Source: a virus (lineage: Duplodnaviria; Caudoviricetes). Taken from it: a stretch of 64,000 bases of DNA. Positions 8,450 to 17,346 of the stretch are shown in pieces. A program made the translations under genes and the position numbers. The stretch spans positions 1 to 64,000 of the IMG/VR virus record IMGVR_UViG_3300021311_000001; one strand, given 5' to 3'. The notes beneath the pieces were generated by a model. The model did not search any database. It worked only from the letters and a program-made list of their open reading frames with translations, and had not been told where the DNA came from. How positions within the stretch are numbered: the stretch's first letter is position 1; every line of letters begins with the position of its first letter.

Positions 8450-9607
8450 TTATTTCCACCGTGGAGCATCCGCGCCGAAAAGCTCCCGATACAGCGTCGT
8501 GATACCCGCACGCTGCTTCCTCGACATCATCTTGGCGTATCGCCCCATCCACGAGCGGAACGCCTGATCGGACTGCTCGCGCGGCATCCGACCATCCCGC
8601 ACGAGCCTCGCGTGCGCGCGCAGCCGCCGCCTCTCCCGTGTCACGGCTTCGGGACAGATGCGCTTCTGCACACGTCCGCGCTCCTCCAGCCGATAGCGGA
8701 CTTTGAGGAAGGTGTAGCAGTCGCCCAGCCGCGTGACGTGCGTTTTTCGCTCGTTGACAAAAAGCCCGTCGCGCCTTGCGATCTCAGCGACCATCCCGAC
8801 CGTATCCTCCAGATACCCGCGCTCGCGATGGATGAGGTACGAATCGTCCATATACCGCCCGTAGCGCCGGAAGCCCCTCACGACCGTAACGAAGTTGTCG
8901 ATCTCGGTCGGGAAGAACACGCCGATGTTCTGCGACACCTGATCCCCGATGTCCAGCGATTTCGGAAGAAATTTTCCGCCCGTTTTCATATCCTCGGAAA
9001 CCTCCGCAAGATACCGCACGGAATCGAATTTTTCGTCCAGCGCCGCCGCATACTGCTCGTCCGTCAGATACGAAACGTCCACGCGAAACCCGCGCAAAAT
9101 CTCCTCCAGAAGCCACATCTCGTCCTCTTCGAGATGTGGAGCGATCTTTTCAAGCACCTTGTCGTGCCGGATGTTGTCGTAATACTTGGAGAAGTCCATA
9201 AAACAGACCCATCCGTTGTTGTCACCGTACTCAAGGTAGAAGTTGTGCAGATCGCGTTCAAACGCCTTCCTCGCCGCGTCCACACCCTTGCCTGTCTGCG
9301 AGGCGAAGTTGTTGTGGATGATGTACGGCGCGAGCTTCGGCGTGAGCACCGCGTCGCAAAGGGCGTGGCGCACCACGCGGTCGCGCATCCTGCCGCCGTG
9401 GACGTGCCGCGTTTTCCCGCGCTCGTTCAAGAGGAAGTCCGAACCCTGCGAGGTCTGATAGGTCTTCTCCGCCAGCTCGTGCCGCAGCCGGTTGATTTCC
9501 GAGAGGAAATCCGTCTCGAACCGCTGCGGCTCCTCCTTCCACGGGCTGCTCCGCATCGACGCGCGGAAGGCGTCGTACAGCACGTTCATGTCGCAAATCG
9601 TTGACAT
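8450..9607 (-). CDS. DGR reverse transcriptase 2 (385 aa)
   Basis: ERGKTR, DFSKYYDNI, IGDQVSQ, YGRYMDD. Confidence 0.95.
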   Translation of the reverse strand: MSTICDMNVLYDAFRASMRSSPWKEEPQRFETDFLSEINRLRHELAEKTYQTSQGSDFLLNERGKTRHVHGGRMRDRVVRHALCDAVLTPKLAPYIIHNNFASQTGKGVDAARKAFERDLHNFYLEYGDNNGWVCFMDFSKYYDNIRHDKVLEKIAPHLEEDEMWLLEEILRGFRVDVSYLTDEQYAAALDEKFDSVRYLAEVSEDMKTGGKFLPKSLDIGDQVSQNIGVFFPTEIDNFVTVVRGFRRYGRYMDDSYLIHRERGYLEDTVGMVAEIARRDGLFVNERKTHVTRLGDCYTFLKVRYRLEERGRVQKRICPEAVTRERRRLRAHARLVRDGRMPREQSDQAFRSWMGRYAKMMSRKQRAGITTLYRELFGADAPRWK

Positions 9608-9830
9608 TTCCTTAACACTCCGCCTCCTGTGGAATATTGCCGTGCTCCCCTCGCGGGGTTAAGACTCGTGCAGGGAGACAGACGCATCCGTTCCCATAAG
9701 CCAAACCGGCACGGCGCGGCTCCGCCGTCAGGCGCTTGCATTTACCCCGCGCGGAAAGCGCGGAAGAAGGACATGGCTTCCTTTCGCATCGGGCGTCTTG
9801 CCTATCTCACGAGGTCTTATCTGACGCCAT

Positions 9831-9950
9831 CGAAATCCGGACGCACGCCATTAGCGTTGGAAGCGCCGTTGTAGTTCGCATTGCCGTTGCTGTTGACATT
9901 AGCGAAATTCGCCGCAGAAACAACGTCGCGCAACCACCAGTTCGAGCGGT
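9831..9950 (-). repeat. DGR2 template repeat (TR2)
   Basis: 120 nt, ungapped alignment to 10738-10857; all 14 mismatches at TR adenines. Confidence 0.95.
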
Positions 9951-9982
9951 CATTCAAGCCATGCCCTATGAAGCGGCTTATT

Positions 9983-10552
9983 TCAGCCGTTTTCACCGTT
10001 TTTCTGTGTGTTCTTCCTGCCCTTCGGCTTCAAAAGCCGGTTGTCCGCCGTCCGCACGCCCTTGTAGAGCGCCACCTGCGCGTCGATCATATCCGCGAAT
10101 CTCGCATATCGGTTCAGGTCGACGGGCAGCGTGCGGATAATGTAGTGGATCTCCTGCTTGAGCACATAGCATTGCGCGATTGCGGCGTCGATGTGCTTCC
10201 GCCGCTCGCGGAACTCGTCCTCCTTGGCGGGCGTCTCGGACGGATAGATCGAATTGCCAAACGTAAACTCGGATTCGATATTGCGAAGAATGGCGAGCAC
10301 CGCGTCCTTCTCCTTGTCGATGAACCATCGGGTCATCGCGCGGCTTTTCTGCTCCCAGCGCTCGGTCAGCTCATCCACGTTGTCGTTCGCCGCGTGCATG
10401 GAGCGATACCGCTCGATCTTCTTCGCGTACTTCTCCTCGGAAAACCCGAAGTTGTAGAACATCAGCTCCGTCACGCTGTCGCGCAGCTTGTAAAAGTGGT
10501 GCTGCGCCTCAAATCTGGATTCCTTCCTCCGGCTCAATGGCACGTTTGACAC
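9983..10552 (-). CDS. avd: DGR accessory protein Avd 2
   Basis: VPLSRRKES..., GNSIYP...RR pattern; located between VR2 and TR2. Confidence 0.8.
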   Translation of the reverse strand: MSNVPLSRRKESRFEAQHHFYKLRDSVTELMFYNFGFSEEKYAKKIERYRSMHAANDNVDELTERWEQKSRAMTRWFIDKEKDAVLAILRNIESEFTFGNSIYPSETPAKEDEFRERRKHIDAAIAQCYVLKQEIHYIIRTLPVDLNRYARFADMIDAQVALYKGVRTADNRLLKPKGRKNTQKNGENG

Positions 10553-10697
10553 AGCCTCGCCTCCCTTCTGCGGCAATCCCCGCCCATCTGGTGTTGTGCG
10601 CTGCGGCAGTCCCAGCTATTCGGATGCTGGGACTCAGCCATGTTTCGCGGTTGCCCCGTCAGGGGCGAGCGAAACGGCGATAAAAACAAGTAATCGA

Positions 10698-10718
10698 CCC
10701 CGCCCACAAGGGGCGGGG
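10698..10718 (-). promoter_or_regulatory. DGR2 target-recognition hairpin
   Basis: CCCCGCCC-ACAAG-GGGCGGGG just past the target stop codon. Confidence 0.75.
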
Positions 10719-10726
10719 ATTGGAGA

Positions 10727-13147
10727 TTACTTGATAGCGAAAGCCGGACGCACGCCAAGAGCGCTGGAAGCGCCGTGGCAGTTCGCATTGCCGCCGCCGG
10801 TGACATTAGCGAAAGACGCCGCAGAAACAACGTCGCGCAACCACCAGGCCGAGCGGTTGCAGATGCGCGTCGGGTCGAGCCGGAACAGCGCAAACTGCGT
10901 CGTGTCGATAGTGTAGATGTACGGAATGGTCGTGCCATTGTTGGCGGGCGTAAAGATATACGAGCCGTAGACGTTGATCTCGTTCATCAGGTCAACGGTC
11001 GAATCCACCCACGCGCCTGCGGTCGGGATGCCGTTCGAGACCGTATTCGTGAACAGCTCGCGCTTCGAGAGGATATGCGCCGAACCAAACGCGCTGTTGA
11101 TGGTGGTCTTGGCGTTTGCGAGGTTTGCCGTATACATCTGCGAGCCGATGTAACCGCCCGTCGTGACGTTGGAGTCGTTCATCTTCGCGGTGTAGAGGTT
11201 CGTGTCGGGGACGATGACGACGTGGTGCGTCGAGCAGGCGGTATCGCCCTTGCCGTACCAGTAGTCGAAATCCACAATGCGCCAGTTTACGCCGCCGATC
11301 GTCCAGTAGTCGCCGATGTAGAGGTCGTCAAACGTACCCGCACTGATAGCCGCGTACTGCTCCGCCGTAACGGACGAGCCGAGGTACTTACCGCGATAGA
11401 TGTTCGCGTGCATACGCGCCGCGCCGAGAACAGCCGTGCTCGGCAGAGCTTGGATCGCGTTGTACACCGCGTTCGAGGTGGCCGGCCGCATATTGCCGTC
11501 TGTTATGGAATCAACAGGGGTCAAATCGTGCCATTCGCCCCACACACGCGGAGAAACGGTCGCCAATGACCTCATAATAAGGTTTCCGCCAGACCCTTTG
11601 AGAATGTATTGCTGTTCATTATTGCCGCCTGCCGCGCCGCGAACATGGAACATGATGCAGTAACCGATGTTATCGGGTACGTTTGCGGGTAAAGAATTGC
11701 TCGCCCACGCATAAACGCCGACCGTATTAAGCGCGTCAATATCGTCTGCGGATGTCAGAATAGTTGCCATACCGCTCAATTTCACGGTATCAAGCGCACT
11801 CAAAGCACCCTCAACCGTGGACGCACCCGCAATAGCCGTTGCAAGGGCTTTCGTCTGATAGTCGTGCAGGTCAAAGGCGTTTCCCATCAGATTGAACAGA
11901 TAGGTGTTTGCTCCCGCCTTGATGATACCCACGTTGTCGCCGATGTTGATGGTCTGTCCGGCACCCTGCAAAAACAGCGCGGTTGTCGTGCCGCTGTCGG
12001 TCATCTGATACACGTTGCCGACATTCGCTTCGATAAGCAAGGCGGAAGTCAGGCTGGCGCATGCAAGGTCGCCACGCGGCGTGTAGATGCTCGACAGGGC
12101 GTTGTTGATGGCAGAATAGACCGCGATACTCTCCACAAGGTCATGGCTGTTCGGTTGAACATGGTCGGTGGAGTTTTTAGCCGCCGCTGTGCCGAGCGTC
12201 GGCTTGTTCTGGATGTAGGAATCCGCCGCATCGTCGTCCTCCTCCCAATCCGCCTGCACGTTCTTCTGCGCCTCCGCCTCGATGTCGCCGAGCTTGTTTT
12301 TCTCAGCCGTTGTGAAATCCTCGGTGGAAAGCCCCTTGCCGCTGACCTTATCGACCTTGCCGTTGTCCAGCTCATTGATTGCCTCGACCGCGCTGGATTT
12401 GTTGGTCGTCGTCAACTGAGAGACGTCGCCAAGGTCGGCGGCACTCGCCCAGCTCCCGCCGCCACCAGCGGCGCTTCCTTGCGGGAAGATGATAACGGCG
12501 ATTGGAATATCGACGCTCGGCACGTCGCCCATCGCGGTGATGGTAACACTGTCCGTACCCTGAGCGGAAACGCGCAAAGCCGCGTCGCACGCCGCCTCGT
12601 ATGCCGCCGTCGTAATGTCCTGCGTAAGTCCCGCCGTACCGTTGGTAGCGGAGTCGACGCCGCTAACCGTCACGGTCTGCTCGTTGCCAGTCCAACCGGA
12701 TGAAAGCAGCGTCGCGAGCACAACGGAGGAATCGCCCACAAGAAGCGTCTGCCAGTCATCGTTCGCGTCAAGATACGAGAGAACGCCGGTCGCAGCGTTG
12801 TACTTCAAACCGTGGACGCCGTTCGTGGAAAGAATCGTCTGCTCGATGTGCTCGCTTGCGCTCTCACCATCCGCCCAGAAGTGCCACTCGCCGCCGATAT
12901 AGCGCCAGAGCTTCGTATCCTCGCGGACAAAATAGAACTTGTCGAGCGGCGAGACGATGGCCTCACGCGCCTCTTCGGTTTCGATTTCCTCGATGTCGCC
13001 AAGGAAAAGCCGCGTACCGCCGAAGTCGTAGCAAAGCTGCTTCGTATCGGTCAGAATGAGGAACAAACCGTTGTCGATCGGGACAGTAGTGTAGTTTTTT
13101 GCCTTGCTTTTGGTCGCCGTAGCGAAATGCGCAAAAGTATTCGGCAT
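10727..13147 (-). CDS. DGR2 target: tail fibre/receptor-binding protein with CLec-like variable domain
   Basis: KVDKVSGKGLSTEDFT fibre motif, FDDLYIGDYW, WWLRD C-terminus containing VR2. Confidence 0.88.
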   Translation of the reverse strand: MPNTFAHFATATKSKAKNYTTVPIDNGLFLILTDTKQLCYDFGGTRLFLGDIEEIETEEAREAIVSPLDKFYFVREDTKLWRYIGGEWHFWADGESASEHIEQTILSTNGVHGLKYNAATGVLSYLDANDDWQTLLVGDSSVVLATLLSSGWTGNEQTVTVSGVDSATNGTAGLTQDITTAAYEAACDAALRVSAQGTDSVTITAMGDVPSVDIPIAVIIFPQGSAAGGGGSWASAADLGDVSQLTTTNKSSAVEAINELDNGKVDKVSGKGLSTEDFTTAEKNKLGDIEAEAQKNVQADWEEDDDAADSYIQNKPTLGTAAAKNSTDHVQPNSHDLVESIAVYSAINNALSSIYTPRGDLACASLTSALLIEANVGNVYQMTDSGTTTALFLQGAGQTINIGDNVGIIKAGANTYLFNLMGNAFDLHDYQTKALATAIAGASTVEGALSALDTVKLSGMATILTSADDIDALNTVGVYAWASNSLPANVPDNIGYCIMFHVRGAAGGNNEQQYILKGSGGNLIMRSLATVSPRVWGEWHDLTPVDSITDGNMRPATSNAVYNAIQALPSTAVLGAARMHANIYRGKYLGSSVTAEQYAAISAGTFDDLYIGDYWTIGGVNWRIVDFDYWYGKGDTACSTHHVVIVPDTNLYTAKMNDSNVTTGGYIGSQMYTANLANAKTTINSAFGSAHILSKRELFTNTVSNGIPTAGAWVDSTVDLMNEINVYGSYIFTPANNGTTIPYIYTIDTTQFALFRLDPTRICNRSAWWLRDVVSAASFANVTGGGNANCHGASSALGVRPAFAIK
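10738..10857 (-). repeat. DGR2 variable repeat (VR2)
   Basis: Encodes RSAWWLRDVV...GVRPAF. Confidence 0.95.
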
Positions 13148-13177
13148 AGTCTTCTACCCCCTTTTCTTTGAATGGTT

Positions 13178-13214
13178 AAAAAATAGGGGAGCTATGAGAT
13201 TTCACAGCTCCCCT
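13178..13214 (-). terminator. intrinsic terminator
   Basis: AGGGGAGC...GCTCCCCT followed by a T-run on the minus strand. Confidence 0.6.
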
Positions 13215-13235
13215 TTGGATTACGCTCGCGGCGGC

Positions 13236-14330
13236 TTAGAAGCTGCCGACGAGGATAGCGTCGTAGGCGATGTCAAGGTGCTCCTTGTCCACGCCGCTCA
13301 TCGCGCCGTTCTTCGCGGCGACCGCCTCGGCGACATAGTAGCCGGTAGCGGGGTCGCCGACGTTGGGCTGCGGGTCGGCAACCGTGCCAACATCGTCGGA
13401 GTAGTAGGTCACGCCGGACTGCACATCGCCCGTCGCTGCGACATACTGCGTGGTCGCAGCCGCCGCCATGCCGAGCTTGAGTCCGTCCGTATCAACGGCA
13501 AGACCGTTGGCGTGCGCAGAGTCGATCTTGATGGAGATTTCGTCGTTGTCCGTGCCGACGATCTCAATGCCGACGCCGGCCTTGAGCGCGATGCCGAGAT
13601 CCTTGACGTTCAGATAGATGTGGCTCTCGGTGCTGCCGTCCACGACGTAGTACGCGGAAACGTCGGTCACGCCCTCCTCAAAGCCGGTGGTGTCGACGAG
13701 CAGCGTACCGGCCTCGTCCTGATAGTAGATCGTGCCGGCGACGTAGGTGCCGGTCGCCTTGATAAGCGTGCGAGTGTTGACGGTGAAGTCGATGTACTGG
13801 TCGCCCTCGGCGAAGCGATCGTCATTCTCGAACTTACCGCCCGCCGCCTTGTCAGCAGCCGTCACGACGTCGAGCTTGGCGTCCTTGAGCAGGAAGTCCT
13901 TCGGAATGTCGATGACGCAGTTCTTGGTCGGGTCGGTCGTCGGAACCTGAACGCCGCCCTGGAAGAGCGCGTAGGTCGCGAACGCGCCGCTCGTCGGCGT
14001 GGAGAGCTTGCGGATCTGATAGGTCATGCTCTCAGTGGAGGCGATGACGCAAACCCAGTCGCCGGGATCGCCGAGCGTCACGTCGAAGTTGCGCACCCAG
14101 CCGGAGTTGTCGGCAAGGTCGAAGTAGACGACGCCCTTCGCGGTCAGCGCGTCACTCGCGGGCAGGTCGCGCGCGGTGCCGAGGTCTGCGGAGGTAAACA
14201 GCCGCACAGCCTCCGTATAGAGGTTCATGCCGAAGTACAGCTCGCGGGTATCGGTGCAGAGATAGAAAGAGTCGGCGTTGCGGGAGACGGGCAGATTCGC
14301 CTTCAAACCTTTGTAAACAAGTTTAGCCAT
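13236..14330 (-). CDS. tail-associated structural protein
   Basis: 364 aa; IDIPKD and GAMS..DK motifs seen in tail-fibre-type proteins. Confidence 0.65.
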   Translation of the reverse strand: MAKLVYKGLKANLPVSRNADSFYLCTDTRELYFGMNLYTEAVRLFTSADLGTARDLPASDALTAKGVVYFDLADNSGWVRNFDVTLGDPGDWVCVIASTESMTYQIRKLSTPTSGAFATYALFQGGVQVPTTDPTKNCVIDIPKDFLLKDAKLDVVTAADKAAGGKFENDDRFAEGDQYIDFTVNTRTLIKATGTYVAGTIYYQDEAGTLLVDTTGFEEGVTDVSAYYVVDGSTESHIYLNVKDLGIALKAGVGIEIVGTDNDEISIKIDSAHANGLAVDTDGLKLGMAAAATTQYVAATGDVQSGVTYYSDDVGTVADPQPNVGDPATGYYVAEAVAAKNGAMSGVDKEHLDIAYDAILVGSF

Positions 14331-14630
14331 GATAGATACTTCCTTTCATACAATTTATTTTTTTCGCGTCTGCGGACGCGAAATGAACCAGATCGAAAAA
14401 TCCGACGACATGCGCGTCGGATTTTTCTCTTTGCGCGAAGTGGAAACAGCCGAAGCGCCGCCTGTGGCGGAGCAAGCGAGGCTGTTTCGAGGCAGCGCCC
14501 GTTTGCCGCGACCGAAGGGAAGCGGGAAACGGCTGGCGCAACGGTGACAGGTGCGCCGCAGGCGTGCGGGAAACGCAGCGAGATCCCCTCGTTTGAAAGC
14601 CCAGCAAAGCGGGTTTCAAACGAAATGCTC

Positions 14631-15011
14631 TTAATCGCCGAAATTGCCGACGAGCGCATCGGTAATATCCTCGGTGGATGCAAGCTCGCCCTCCTCGATG
14701 TCCGCTGCGGTTCCGCCCGCAACGACGGAGAACGTGTAGATCTTGCCGGCTGTAACCCAAGTGAGGTGGCTGCCGGATGCGTCGTTCTTCACATAGAATA
14801 GGTCGTCCTTCTGCGTCTCGCGCGGCGTGTCGTCCGCCGTCATCTTCCATGTGCCGTCGATGTTGTAGACGCCGGTGGAAAGTCCGGAAATGGTAATGCC
14901 GCTGCCGGCGAGGTTGGTCACGGGACGGTTGATGAGGTCGTTGTAGTTGGTCGTGCCGCCGCCACCACCGCCGCCGGAGCCGTTGTTGGGGAAAAAGCTC
15001 TGATCTGCCAT
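14631..15011 (-). CDS. tail-associated protein
   Basis: FP..GGGGGG TTNYNDLINRP fibre-type motif. Confidence 0.6.
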   Translation of the reverse strand: MADQSFFPNNGSGGGGGGGTTNYNDLINRPVTNLAGSGITISGLSTGVYNIDGTWKMTADDTPRETQKDDLFYVKNDASGSHLTWVTAGKIYTFSVVAGGTAADIEEGELASTEDITDALVGNFGD

Positions 15012-15024
15012 CGCTTTTCACCTC

Positions 15025-15315
15025 CTAAAACATATAGTAGATATTGACGTCCACAGCGCTCTCGAATACGAGAGATACAATGTCGATCTGGTTCATACCC
15101 AGCTCGAAGACGCCGGTAAAAATCGGGATTTTCTTCCCGTTTATAGAAACCACAGTGCCGGCGGGGCAGGAGATGCCGAACTTCTTGAGCACGAGGTCGC
15201 CGTAGTTGAGGATGCTGTTGGGATTGTCGGCGATTTCGTTTGCCTTGAAGATGTCAAGCATATTGACGTTCGGCGTTACCGTCCCGTTGAAACTGCCAAG
15301 ATGTGCCTGCGACAT
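15025..15315 (-). CDS. hypothetical structural protein
   Basis: Has an RBS; in operon context. Confidence 0.6.
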   Translation of the reverse strand: MSQAHLGSFNGTVTPNVNMLDIFKANEIADNPNSILNYGDLVLKKFGISCPAGTVVSINGKKIPIFTGVFELGMNQIDIVSLVFESAVDVNIYYMF

Positions 15316-15334
15316 GGGTTTACTTCCTCCTTTC

Positions 15335-16258
15335 TCAGGTAAGCGTCACATAGTAAAGCTCGTCGAGCGTCATATCGTCGATGTCGTCGAGCGTGATGTC
15401 GTCCACGTCGTTCAGCAGCCGATAGCGGCGCAAAACGGTGCTTGCCGCCGCGCCAAGCACAACGCCGCTCTCAGGCTCGATATACCGAAGTAGCGTCTCC
15501 GTCGCCTCCGCGATAATGGAAAGCGCGCTCGCTGCGGCGACAAATTTCTGCGCACTCAGCCCCGTTACGCGAGAGCCGATGTTCACAGTGGAAGCGCCGT
15601 ATCCGAGCGGATAATGCAGCTCCGTGCCGAGCACGATCTGCGAAATGCCGATGGCGCTCGCCGCGACATCATAGACGCGGCGGCACAGATCGAGGATGTT
15701 CGCGTCAAGCACGACGCCACTCTCCGCCGCAAAAGCAGATTTCTTCTCCGTCTCGACGTCCAAAGCGTCGAGCACAATGCCGCTTTCCGTGCGAATGAAA
15801 TTCTGCTGCGAAACGATGGCGGCTGCGGACATGACGATACCGGAATTTGCCTCTCCGAACGAACGACTGACAGACACCAGAAGCGGGGATGCTGCGATCA
15901 GCACGGCGTCCCTCGCGTCCGTAAAATTCTTGGCAAGGAGAGACACGTCCTGCACGGAAAGCTCGACGACGTTCGCCTCCGGTCTATTCGGATACCGAAG
16001 CGTCGCCGCAGCCTCCGCGCCAAGCTCCACGCCAACGCTCAAAAGCTCGTAGCACCGCTTGATCATATCGTCGATATGCGCGGTCAATACCGAGCCGGTT
16101 TGCACGGCGATGAACTTTTGCAAAAGATAGCTTTGCAACACGCTCTCGATGATCAGGCGGTCGTAGACGCTCAGGGTGTCACGATACTGCAGGCTGTTGA
16201 TGAAAAGGTCGCACTCCGTTACGCGACGGTTGAGATAGACGTCAAATACCTTCGCCAT
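15335..16258 (-). CDS. hypothetical tail protein
   Basis: 307 aa, repetitive beta-rich; GGAGG RBS. Confidence 0.6.
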   Translation of the reverse strand: MAKVFDVYLNRRVTECDLFINSLQYRDTLSVYDRLIIESVLQSYLLQKFIAVQTGSVLTAHIDDMIKRCYELLSVGVELGAEAAATLRYPNRPEANVVELSVQDVSLLAKNFTDARDAVLIAASPLLVSVSRSFGEANSGIVMSAAAIVSQQNFIRTESGIVLDALDVETEKKSAFAAESGVVLDANILDLCRRVYDVAASAIGISQIVLGTELHYPLGYGASTVNIGSRVTGLSAQKFVAAASALSIIAEATETLLRYIEPESGVVLGAAASTVLRRYRLLNDVDDITLDDIDDMTLDELYYVTLT

Positions 16259-16273
16259 GCGGCCGCCTCCTTG

Positions 16274-16681
16274 TTACGTCGGGTTCTGCGCGCTCAGGTT
16301 CAGATAGCCTTCCTTGATGGTCATAATCGTCGCCGCCTCAACGCTTCTCGGCGTAGAAAGCGCGCCGTACATCAAAAGGTTGCCACCGCCGACCGTATCC
16401 GTGTCGAAGATAACGAAATGCGTGATCGTACCCCACGACGCGGTGGATTCGTTGAAGTTGATCGCCTGCTCGTTCGTCACGACGCCGCCGCTCGGCTGGC
16501 TCAGGCTCGTCAGCTCAACGCGCGCATAGCCAGCGCCCGCGTTCGGCTCGGTCACGTTCGTGCCGTTGATGGTCGGAGCCGTCGTGGAAAGCCCGATGTA
16601 ATACTTCGTCGGGATCGCCGGATTGGTCTTCGTGCCAAACACGTTACCGGCAACGATGTCCAAAAAACGTGTAGTGTTCAT
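16274..16681 (-). CDS. phage tail/baseplate protein
   Basis: YIGLST..P...E...GYARV...WGTITHF..GGNLL motif. Confidence 0.7.
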   Translation of the reverse strand: MNTTRFLDIVAGNVFGTKTNPAIPTKYYIGLSTTAPTINGTNVTEPNAGAGYARVELTSLSQPSGGVVTNEQAINFNESTASWGTITHFVIFDTDTVGGGNLLMYGALSTPRSVEAATIMTIKEGYLNLSAQNPT

Positions 16682-16729
16682 GCCATTTTGCCTCCTTATG
16701 CTTACTTTTTGGCGCGAAAAAGCCCCGTC

Positions 16730-17119
16730 TTACGACGAGGCGATCGCACTCTTATTGATGTTGTTGCTGATAAACAAAACCCCCTGTTTGGGGATCTCCG
16801 TCTCTCCGCTCATGTCGCGGAGCGTGATCTGATAGATGTACTTACCACTCAAATTGACGGACTCGCTCGGCGCGATTGTTACCCGCAGCACGTTAAGCAC
16901 TGTCCCGTGTTCGTCGTAACCAGCCGTCATCGGCTTGGACAGAATCGGCGCGCCCGTCTTGTTGAGGCTGCTCACAATCGCGAAATTTGCGGTCGCGCCC
17001 GCCATGCCGAACGGCTTGTCCTTCGAGTGGAAGTATACGTTGAACACAAGCTCCTGCGTCTCTCCACCAACAAACTCGATTGTCGGCAGCGAGTGTGGAT
17101 TGCAGCCGCAGCTTGTCAT
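16730..17119 (-). CDS. BppU N-terminal-like baseplate protein
   Basis: GET..L.F...L.GKYIYQI pattern. Confidence 0.5.
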   Translation of the reverse strand: MTSCGCNPHSLPTIEFVGGETQELVFNVYFHSKDKPFGMAGATANFAIVSSLNKTGAPILSKPMTAGYDEHGTVLNVLRVTIAPSESVNLSGKYIYQITLRDMSGETEIPKQGVLFISNNINKSAIASS

Positions 17120-17144
17120 AGCCGCTCACCGTCCTTTCTGAATG

Positions 17145-17333
17145 TTACGCCTCCGCATCGCCGTCGTTTTTCTTTTCCGGCTCAGAAAACTCGGCGTTTT
17201 GGAGCATCGCGCCGATCTGGTGCAGTACTCGCAGGCTGCCCGCGAGATTGGCAAGATTCTCCTCCCCACACACTGATACATTGTTCAGCGCGCCGATTAC
17301 GGCGTCAATGTTCTGCAAAATCTGTTCTTTCAT
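17145..17333 (-). CDS. small hypothetical protein
   Basis: MKEQILQN...LNNVSVCG.EN; RBS present. Confidence 0.55.
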   Translation of the reverse strand: MKEQILQNIDAVIGALNNVSVCGEENLANLAGSLRVLHQIGAMLQNAEFSEPEKKNDGDAEA

Positions 17334-17346
17334 AGTTATCCCTTTC

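Noticed and set aside
3494-9607. RTs as group II intron, retron or Abi RTs
   Set aside because: SQ-type motif, adjacent avd genes and A-specific TR/VR pairs identify both as DGR RTs.
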